Of a DNA stretch of 64,000 bases, positions 54,563-64,000 are shown piece by piece. Origin of the DNA: Octopus sinensis (taxonomy: Eukaryota); NCBI RefSeq assembly GCF_006345805.1, contig NC_042998.1:144088001-144152000 (forward strand), in the 5' to 3' direction. The first letter of the stretch is position 1. Each line of letters starts with the position of its first letter. The translations under genes and the position numbers were made by a program. The notes beneath the pieces were generated by a model, which was not told the origin of the DNA, made no database searches, and saw only the letters and a program-made list of their open reading frames with translations.

Positions 54563-54710
54563 CACAACACACATCTACGTGTATGAATGAATGTATATAC
54601 ATGCAAACATAAATGTTTTTACATGTATGCATATATACATACATTATATATATATACATATATATACACACACACTGATATATATTATATATATATATAT
54701 ATGCATTTAT
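52319..54710. repeat. ~2.4 kb compound (TA)n / TATAAATA / TATG microsatellite
   Basis: Almost exclusively A/T, with alternating TA interrupted by AAAT, TGTA and TACA variants. Confidence 0.98.
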
Positions 54711-54719
54711 AGATCCACA

Positions 54720-56100
54720 CACACGCGCGCATATGTAATAACGTATATATACAAATAGATTAATTTAGACACACACATCAGAGAGAGAAAGTTAGGGGAA
54801 ATAGAGTGAGAACTAACGCGGAAATGTTTTATTGAAAGCCTTGAAATGTGAAAAAAAAAAAAAAAAGATGGAATACATTTTCTGTTAAAGGTATAGCTGC
54901 AACCCAGTTCTTTCTTACAAGAACAGCTGGGTTTCGATGTAGCACGGAGGAAATAACGGATTTATACAGTAGCAGTTTATTGACAACAGCAAAATATCCA
55001 TTATATTTCGGTCATCATATTTATAATCTAAATAAATAGAGTAAAATCATAATTATACACACATACATACACAAAAATAAATCAAATTTAGGATGACTTA
55101 AATTTCAATTGTTCGCAAACCTACCGCTTCAGTTAAAATTTACATTTAACAAACCTTTCTTTCTAAAACATTACGGAGGGAGTTAATATAAGAAACGAAG
55201 GGAGCAAGTTTTCTGCTGTGATTCTTCTGCAACTGATGATAAGATATAACAATGATAAAGGTTCAGTTCTCTACTCTACTACAATTTTCCATTTGAATCC
55301 CGTCAGAAATATGCTGATACCCTAATTGGTTCTTGAAGGAAACTAAAACCTTCTTTAAATATAAGATTACTGAAATTTAATAGTGGATATTCGTGACAAA
55401 TTCGAATGTTAGACACGGCTTAAGTGGAGCGGAATATCTCCATAACCGGGAACACTTAAGATAACAATAATAATAACAATGATAGCGATAGCGTGCTTAA
55501 TTAATTAAGGGCAGCAGAAGAGAAATAATTAATCCTGAATTCCCTACCTGCGGTGACATCGGCATTACTGCTCGCATTCTCTCTGCATTTCTAGTAATAT
55601 CTGGAAATCACGAGCTCTGTGAGAAATATTAGTCCAAGGAATGCCAAGCACCACCACGAAGCAGATGCTTCCGACTGTCTCCTCTACTCCACAAGCTTTC
55701 TGCACCCCTCCATTTACCCCCACTACCGTCGCCAACGTTCTTCCTCGCTCCCTTCCTCCCCTCATACCACTCTCTATCAGCATTCGATTCTAACTTATCG
55801 ATTTCACTTACTGCATCACTTCTGGTCTCGTTCGTTGTCTTTATTTATTTATTTATTATTACAACTACTACTACTGTTGTTGTTGATCATAGTAGTAGTA
55901 GTAGTAGTAGTTCTTTAATTTTTCTCTTACATCGTTCGTCTTCACCAGAAAGGTTTACGTTAAGGATTAAGGGTTTACAACCTTTACTCATGTATAGATT
56001 TTGTTTTAAACTAAACACAACACTCAGTCTTAAATTAAGAGTTGAGGGGGGTGGAGGCGACGTAATAAGATGTTGCAACCTTCACGTCTTTCTAAATGGC
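54720..56100. promoter_or_regulatory. CpG-retaining island, putative distal promoter
   Basis: Frequent CG; contains the 55548 donor exon and a leader of ~300 nt. Confidence 0.6.
55548..55577 (-). CDS. NEDD4: Candidate alternative first coding exon MRAVMPMSPQ
   Basis: 30-nt ORF with three in-frame ATGs, ending CCG CAG|gtaggg, phase 0, inside the 54.7-56.1 kb CpG-retaining island. Confidence 0.55.
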
Positions 56101-56525
56101 ACTAAGTAATGCTTATGAACTGAAACAGCTTCAACTAAGAACTGAAACTTTGTCATATAGGTTTAAACTCACTATAAGCTTTACTCTTCTTGCTCTCACA
56201 GTATTCTCTAAATATGCATAAATTTAAACTGGTTAATTTGATAAAATATTAAGATACAAACAGCTCCTGAAATGGTAAATAAATGAGATGAGATGAGAAG
56301 GAAAGCTTTGGTACCCAGTAGGAAAGAAAAATTTACATAGGGAAATCAAAAGGGTATTTGTTAGATTTATTTTGATTCCTTTTCCTCTTTTCGGAAAGAC
56401 ATACCAGTAAGTAACCAAGGCTCATTCTGAGTTAAATCTTCTTCAGAACATTTATTGTTAAGAATTTAACAAAACTTCAAGTCTACACTTTTTTCCATTT
56501 ATATATGAATGTATAAGAGGTGGAA

Positions 56526-56557
<32 letters not shown>

Positions 56558-57329
56558 AAAGCTGACATACTTATGGGATTACAATAAATCTATTAACCAA
56601 GAAAACAGAACTAATTTGCTTGTTAATTTAGGAATACATTTGTTAAAAATTCATAGAGGAACCAATTTTAAGTTAATTTTTGAGTAGGTTTGCTATATCT
56701 TCAACTTTCTCAGCCTTGCTCTGCTCTTTTAGTGTTTGTCAAAGAATTTGAGTCGCAATCACATTATTTCATATTAGTTAGTAAAGGTCAATGCATCTTA
56801 AGCTTAGGTGCAGGTATGGTTGTATGATTTTCCAACCATGTGCTCTGAGGTTCAGCCTCACTGCATGGCTCCTTGGGCAAGGGTCTTCTACTATAGCCCC
56901 AGAGTGACCAATGCATTGTAAGTAAATTTGGTGGACAAAAGCCATGCTGAAGCCCATCATATATATAGAGAGAGAGGGGATGAGGCAAAATGGGTAAGTA
57001 GGGTAAAATGAGTAATTTCTGGGGTTTTTTTGTTATTGTTTTCTCTATTTGTTTGAAACCTTTATATTGCGAGTATCACATCATTACTGGGAGTAAAAAT
57101 TGGGCAGAATTGTTGGTGTTCAGGTTGAGAGAGTTTGAAACAGTCAGGTGACAGCAACTGTTTTTCTTTTTCAAGAAATTTTTCTTCAACTTTGACCCAA
57201 TTGTAACTGAAGTTGCTAATGAAATATCTGGATAATTTTTGATGATTAACAATCAAAATTCTTTTCTCTGTTGGATTACAAGTCAATCTTTTTCTTTACT
57301 AATATATTATTGTTCTGAGATCTGTAATT

Positions 57330-57742
57330 CTTTTATTCTATTATTTTATTTCAGTCATTTGACTGCAGCCATGCTGGAGCACCGCCTTTAGTCAAGCGAA
57401 CCGACTCCAGGACTTATTCTTTGTAAGCCTAGTACTTATTCTATCAGTCTCTCTTGCCGAACCGCTAAGTTACGGGGACATAAACACACCAGCATCAGTT
57501 GTCAAGTGATGTTGGGGGGACAAACACAGACACACAAACATATACATACACACACACACACATACATACATATATATATATGATGGGCTTCTTTCAGTTT
57601 CCATCTACCAAATCCACTCACAAGGCTTTGGTTGGCCCAAAGCTATAGTAGAAGACACTTGCCCAAGGTGCCACACAGTGGGACTGAACCCAGAACCATG
57701 TGGTTGGTAAGCAAGTTACTTACCACACAGAAACTCCTGCAC
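57330..57742 (-). mobile_element. tRNA-derived SINE family A, near full length
   Basis: Reverse complement of the 26412-26820 copy. Confidence 0.9.
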
Positions 57743-58194
57743 CTATGATATAATAAAAACAATTTTACATTAATCTGATACTTTTGTAGAATACAAATTT
57801 ATTATTCTTGAACAAGAATGGTGTTGACAGTGACTTCAAAGTTTTGGCTAGCTAAGCTATTTGTCAGCCGGCTGACAAAGCTTACCTAACTGAAACTTTA
57901 TAGTCACTGTCAACAACATTCTTGTTAATAAATAATAAATTTATGTGAGGTAGGGAAGGGGTGTCTCTGTGTCTGTCCTACCCCACCACTTGACAACCAG
58001 TATTGGTTTCTGCAAAAGGGACCGATAAGGTAAGTACAAGACTTTAAAAAAATAAGTACTGAGATTAATTTGTTTGACTAAACCCTTCAAGGTAGTGTTC
58101 CAAGCATGGCTGCAGTCCAATGACTGAAACAAGCAAAATATAAAATATATGTGTGTGCGAACACCTCAACAAAGCGTAAATGTTTTGAGAGAGA

Positions 58195-58450
58195 AATAGG
58201 GTATAAGAGGCAGCTGTTGTAGTGCACAAGAGAGAAGACTGTGCTGGTATGGCCATGTGATGCATATGGATGAGGAGAGCTGAATGAAGATGTGCCAATC
58301 TCTAAATGTGGAAGGAACCTATGGAAGAGACTGACCCAGGAAGACATGGGATGAAGTGGTGAGAAATGATCTTCAGATGTTAAGCCTCACAAAGAAGATG
58401 TTGAAGAATTGAAACAACTGGCAATATGCTGTGGTTGAGAACAAAAATGT
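58195..58450 (+). mobile_element. RTE LINE ORF2 C-terminal fragment
   Basis: ERRLCWYGHVMHMDE...PRKTWDEVVRNDLQMLSLT...WQYAVVE. Confidence 0.8.
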
Positions 58451-58639
58451 TTCTCCAGCACAGTATAGCAAGCAAGCTTGCTAGTCTCTTTACTATTCCA
58501 TCATCATCACTTTATGTATGCTTTTCCATATTTGCATGGGTCAGGCAAGAGTATGCTGAGGCAAAATTTTCTATGGCTGGATGCTTCTCCTGTCAACAAT
58601 CCCAAATGTTTCTAAACAAGGCAGAAGGGATGAGATCTC

Positions 58640-59310
58640 TTTCTCTGCTCGATGACAGTAGCCAGCAAATTGTAGCCATTTCTGCTTTAGCTTGAGGGAT
58701 ATTGGTATCAGATTTCCATAGAGGTTACTAAGTGTTGGGTGTGATCTCCAACTGATTTTCTGTATCTTTCTGGGCAGGTTGGTATATGTTTCATTTAGTT
58801 GTTTTTCTAAGACAGCCAGTAAGGTCCAGGTCTCTGATCCATAGAGAAGGACCAGCTCAATCAGTGTTCTAAATATTTTAACTTTTAAACGTGGGTGAAA
58901 GGTTCGAGTACCAGATCTTATCAAGTCGGTTACATGCATCCCAAGCAAGAGCTTTGCAGAGCTTTTGGCAGTCTACTATGTGTGATCCAAGATATTTGAA
59001 GTCATCAACATTTTTGATTGATATATTTAAGTTCAATTAACTTGGAGGAGATCGTGATACACTCTGTCTTACTCTCGTTGCAGCAAAAGCCGAACTGGTT
59101 TGCTGCTTCCTCCAGTGCTTATAACAAAGATTCTGCATCTTTAATACAATGAGATATCAAGGTAAGATTGTCAGGAAAGTCAAGATCAGTTAAATATTGT
59201 GCATAATGCCAATTGCTCTGGCGGGGTTTCAAAAGGAGTCCCTTTTCCTCCATACTGTCTAGGGAAATGCATAGAACATAGTCGATAACAATGATGAACA
59301 AGAGAAGAGC
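58640..59310 (-). mobile_element. RTE-clade LINE reverse transcriptase fragment (pseudogenised)
   Basis: FIIVIDYVL...LTDLDFPDNLTLISH (RT catalytic region) and KIFRTLIELVLLYGSETWT...WLQFAGYCHR. Confidence 0.9.
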
Positions 59311-59719
59311 AAGTGTGTCACCCAGCAGAACACATGCTTCAACTTCAAATAAATCAGTCTCTCCATCAGGAGATGACTGTGGCAGTGGTGTTTGGTATAG
59401 TGCTCTATTAGCATCAACAATCCTGGGAGGAATACCATTGAGTGCATATATATATTTTTCACTGTGTGCATATTATTTTTCACTGTGTGTAGTTCAGTTC
59501 TGAGTTAGTCTTATCTGCCACTGCATGTAGTTCAGCTCCTCATTGCCCCTGATATGTCCTGCATTATGACGACATAATTTCATCGTCTACATGACTGGCC
59601 TGAACAGCATACCTCACTGACTGATACTGCTTGCTGTGTCTGTCCACCATTTATCAGTAGTGGAACAGCCCACTTCTCACTTGGGGATGTCTGCCACAAC
59701 AAAAAGTTTATAAGTTATA

Positions 59720-60010
59720 AAAGTTTTGCTTTTTAAATGCTGTCCTCTTGCACTGCTCACTACATTGGCCAACAAGTGTCTCCACTGGATTTGGTCAGCA
59801 ACTACACTTGCACATCTATTCAATATAATGATGATTGTCTCCAGGTCATCTAGAAATATCCACAACCAACTGATCTTCAGCCTGCCCCTTTGATGCCTAC
59901 AAACAGGTGGTATTGCAATTATGACAGTTTTTGAGTACCATTGATTAGCTAGACAGAGAATGTGGCCAACCAGGCAGATTTGGTGCTCTACTACATTCTC
60001 TTGCAATGGT
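59720..60010 (-). mobile_element. RTE LINE 3' fragment
   Basis: CLVGHILCL...RHQRGRLKISW...DQIQWRHLL, resembling RTE ORF2 C-termini. Confidence 0.65.
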
Positions 60011-60144
60011 CTTGAACCTCACTCTTCTCAGAATCTCCTAGGATCTTTCCAAGGTACCTTTGATGGAATTCATTTACTACATAGTAAAGTATTTAACAGC
60101 TTTCAATAAAAATATTTCACAAAAATGTGTCTGTGTGATAAGAA

Positions 60145-60362
60145 GGCAGAATCGTTAGTACGCTGGGCGAAATGCTTAGCGGTATTTCATCTGCCATTAC
60201 GTTTTGAGTTCAAATTCTGCCGAGGTCGACTTTGCCTTTCATCCTTTCGGGGTTGATAAATTAAGTACCAGTTACACACTGGGGTCAATGTAATCGACTT
60301 AATCCCTTTGCCTGTCCTTGTTTGTCCCCTCTATGTTTAGCACCTTGTGGGCAATAAAGAAA
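60145..60362 (+). mobile_element. SINE family B inserted into a family A head, 7-bp TSD
   Basis: gcagaatcgttag...gagttcaaattc...gtcgactttgcctttcatcc; TSD taagaag at 60138-60144 and 60363-60369. Other copies at ~7740-7920, 7935-8140, 14625-14840, 37730-37925 and 41095-41300 (minus) and 30540-30700 (plus). Confidence 0.85.
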
Positions 60363-63029
60363 TAAGAAGCTTGCTTCCCAACCACATGGTTCTGGGTTCA
60401 CTCCCACTGTGTGGCAACTTGGGCAAGTGTCTTCTACTATAGCCTTGGGCTGACCAAAGCCTTATGAGCAGATTTGGTAGACAGAAGCTAAAAGAAGCCG
60501 ATCATAGCAAGCATGTGCCTTGGTGTCTGTGTTTGTCCCCCACCACCACTTGACAACTGGCTTAAAGAAAAAATAAGTACTGGGATCAATTAGTTTCATT
60601 AAAATTCCTGAAGGCAGTGCTCCAGCAAGGCCAATCTAATGACTGAAACAAGAAGAAGAAAAAAAGAAATAATCATGAGAAATTTTGTTACATCATTTAG
60701 ATACAGGAAGAACCTGCAGCCTTGCTCAACTTGCTAAAAATAGCAGCCAAATTTCCTTCTAATCACATTTTATCATCTCAAATGGAGAACCCATTGTAAA
60801 ATGTAGTGTAGTCTAACAGGAAAACAGGATGGTCATGAGTGGAAATTCTTTGACAACAAATCTACTTGAGCGCAGCTGTAGTGGTAGTAGTAGTAGTAGT
60901 AGTATCAACTAATCCCCTTACCTCAAAATTGCTGGCCCTGTATCTAAATTAGAAACAATCATCATCATCATCATCACTACAACCACCATCAACATGTCTA
61001 TTTTACCAAACCAACATGGATAGGATGAATCTGCAGTCCAACATACAACCACCTCTCTTCATCCTTTGCCATGAGGTCAAACAATCAGACAATGAGGAAC
61101 ATCACCACTTCTTTCTCTTCTTCAACTGATTGTACACATACATAATTATCATCCTTATGTGCATTTAATGTCCAGTTTCTCCAGCTGGATACCATTCTTA
61201 ACACCAACCACTTTACAGAGTTTACTAAATGTTTTTTATATGACACCAGAACTAGTGAGATCACCAAGTAACTCACAAGGCAAGAACCTCTCAGCTGAGT
61301 GGAGGAGGAGTATTCAGGTAAGGTGGCTTTTATGTCAATTGCCAAGAATTTGAAGTATGATAGAGGGACAGAAATAAATGTCTTCCTGTAAAGGAGATAC
61401 ATGGTTACCTTGATTAAAAAAGGAGAGAAGCTGGTACTGAGGTGTCAGGTTGTATCCTCAAGTTACAGAAAGGTGAATAAAGGTGGTTTCAAAATCCAGA
61501 GAAAAAAACAAAAGCCACCACACCATCACTTTGGACTTTAATAGTCTACAAAATAATATTCCTTGCACAATATAATTTTTCATTGGCAAAATTTAACCAA
61601 TATTTTTCAAAGAAAAATGAAATTTACAAATGCAAGGCTATCTGCGTGGTAAAATTTGAACCTTGCTCTCCATACGTTGCTAAAACAGTGAGAGAGAATA
61701 AACTATATCCTCAATACAACAATTTCGTGATAATTTTGGATTCTAGACAACTTATGTGGCTCAAATTAATGCATTTTTCATAGAAATATATGTTTACTTA
61801 GCAATTAGTTCATCTATTCCTTGAAATTTTGGCGCAAACTCAATATTTGAAGCCTTGAATTCATGTTCCATTTCGGTTCTTGCCACACAGGAATACATCA
61901 GTTTGACAAGTAGTGTTAGTATACATTAATCCTACACAAGCAACCCTTTTTATTGACGTTGCACTTTATGCCATCACATTGCCTGATTTGGTAATGGCCA
62001 TATTAAATTCACAAGAAATGTTTCTTTCTTATGGTAGAAATCTTGAAAGAAATATGTTCTTTTCTAAGTGAAAATTAATGATAAAATTTTCCCTCTTATA
62101 ATTCATAATGATTATCTGACCATCCCCCGTCAATTTTTATATCAAAATAAAGCAAAAACAGTCCTCTTCAGGACTATCATTTTTAACACAAATCAAGTTA
62201 TAGTGCTCCAGCGTATTAAATTAGAATGAGGGCTATAGTTCAGCAATAAAAAAACAAAAACAGGACAAACTTTATGAATTAGTGGGAATACCAAAGTGAT
62301 TGGAGAAACCAGGCATGATATGTAAGAGTCAGATTTTGACCAAAATTATATGAGAAGAAAGTCCACACCCAGAACTTTTGAATGATATATAACTGTCCAC
62401 AGAAAACATGTATTTTGACATGAAAATGATCAAGCAAAAAGTGAGTTTTCGTATGATCAAATTGTGTTTGTCTCCCTCCCTTCTATGAGCTCTTTAGTGA
62501 TACCTAGTGACAAAGGCAAAAATGAGGTGATGATGTCAATGTCTACTGGAAGAGTCTGTGACTGCAGCACAAGACTGCAGTGTGTGTGTGTGTGTGTGTG
62601 GTGAAAAGTGGTGGTTGGGTCTGAGGTTCCATAAACCTCAACAATAAGGTTGGATATATTCAATCAGTCATTCATTGTTTAATCAAGGATGACCTGTGAT
62701 GCAACAACATTGACAACAATCATTACTTGCAATATCTCTACTTCAATACTTCTCTTAACAACTGCAGCAGCACTGCTATTCCCAAAAGCACTTTGTTGTG
62801 GTCATGACTTTAAACTGCATCTGGTAGTGGGTCCCTGACTTGGGAATTCCAGGGTTTTGTGAAACAATATCTTAGCCACTATTGTTCCCAGGTCTACTTC
62901 GATCCAGAGTCGCAGCACCTGTTAAGGTCCCAGCTATGGGTTAATTAGCATAAGGGGCTTGCTAACCTAGTATATTAAGGCTAACCTAGTATATTAAGTG
63001 ACTAGAGTCCTTTGATCACCTCTGTCTAT

Positions 63030-63430
63030 GCCGCATCCTTTGTGTCCAATGGTATCACTTTGTCTCCAACAATTCGGTGCAACACCAGTGCAAAATCACC
63101 TCCCTCTGACAAGTCATCCTAACAAGACGTCTGCATTGGTTGGATCATACCCTCCATTGTTAACCAGGAGAATTCATCTATGAAGCAATTGCCCCAGCTC
63201 CCCTTCAGGGTTGGTGAAAACGATGTGGTGGACAACGAAAAACCTGGCTGATGACAGTCAAGGCTGATCTGGAACCCAACCTAGGCTCCCATGTCTGTGA
63301 CATTCGCCACTGGAATAAGGTGTGGTTGGAGATCACCCAGTCGTTAGCCTCAAATCACCAGGCCTGGTTGGCGTTTGTGAGAGATGCAGCATTGAGCATG
63401 AAGCCAGCTCAACCCACCCCGGGTGAATGC
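63030..63430 (+). mobile_element. RTE LINE 3' fragment
   Basis: RRLHWLDHTL...KTWLMTVKADLEP...WLEITQSLASNHQAWLAFVRDA. Confidence 0.8.
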
Positions 63431-64000
63431 TATCTCAAGAAGAAGATTAAGGCCTGCCAACCAAATGATACACTGGATCCAGTCTCTCAATTTCTCTCCC
63501 ATCAATGTTTTCATGAAGAAGGACTCTATCCAGAACACTGGATTTTCCACCTCCCACAGCAAATTCACTGTATTCTTTTTATCAATTTTATTAATTTATA
63601 CAAGCAATTGGTACAGACATGCTGTGTTGTATAATGAGTTTGCTTCCCAACCACAAGGTCCTGAATTTGGTCCAACTGTATGGCAGCTTGGACAAATGTC
63701 TCCTACTATAGCCGTGGGTTGATTAAAACCATATAAGTGGATTTGTAGACAGAAACTGAAAGAAACTCAGTGTGTGTGTATGTGTCTGTGCGCGCGCGTG
63801 CGTGTGTGTGTGTGTGTGTCTCCTTGTTTTGACATTGTGTGAAAGTTTCAAAATGATTGTTAGTCATACAAGCAGTGCTGTTCATTTCCAGTATCCTGCA
63901 AGAACATGTCTGGCCATGGAGAAATATTATCTTGCTTGAAAACAGGTGAGGGTTGGGGACAGAAAGAGCATCTGCTTCAATAAATGTTATCTGATCTATG

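Noticed and set aside
53643-54722. 359-aa and overlapping 220-aa Tyr/Ile ORFs
   Set aside because: Artefacts of the (TA)n tract, which lacks stop codons in some frames.
54901-54990. Small hairpin aacccag...ctgggtt and a minus-strand gtaaga donor
   Set aside because: Short stem, and no ATG in the phase-0 frame.
55548-55712. Minus-strand frame with a hydrophobic WWCLAFLGLIFLTELVI segment between two TAG codons (A-to-I UAG-to-UGG readthrough idea)
   Set aside because: Would need two editing events and ends in phase 1 at the donor, incompatible with the phase-0 C2 exon.
57062-57286. 74-aa minus-strand ORF (KVEEKFLEKEKQLLSPDCF)
   Set aside because: Non-ATG start, stop before any good donor, no recognisable homology.

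Overview
AT-rich, repeat-dense eukaryotic genomic DNA. The SINE, RTE-LINE and MITE families resemble those I associate with Octopus (coleoid cephalopod); this is an inference, not a database result. The window holds the 5' end of a minus-strand Nedd4/Nedd4L-family HECT E3 ligase gene. The best-supported exons are the first C2-domain exon (37604-37689, SDVPGTTQIIHVKIIAGVNLAKKDIFGAS) and a homology-supported first coding exon (38476-38517, MAAQNEIYGLQEIP). I did not find the next C2 exon (DPYV...), so it probably lies left of base 1, after an intron of more than 37 kb. Four CpG-retaining islands (~22-24.3, 36.3-40.3, 49-51.5 and 54.7-56.1 kb) each contain candidate first exons. Candidates upstream of the C2 exon end in phase 0, matching its acceptor. 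The two in the downstream island end in phase 2, matching its donor. This suggests a multi-promoter 'variable N-terminus' system that includes C2-truncated isoforms. The rest is intron: tRNA-derived SINEs, RTE LINE fragments, a Tc1, a mariner, a DD37D (maT) remnant, hAT/piggyBac/Tigger-like MITEs, two Helitron-like elements, a Gypsy gag relic, three long inverted repeats (potential dsRNA/ADAR substrates) and a ~2.4 kb (TA)n-type tract. There are no rRNA, true tRNA or CRISPR features.
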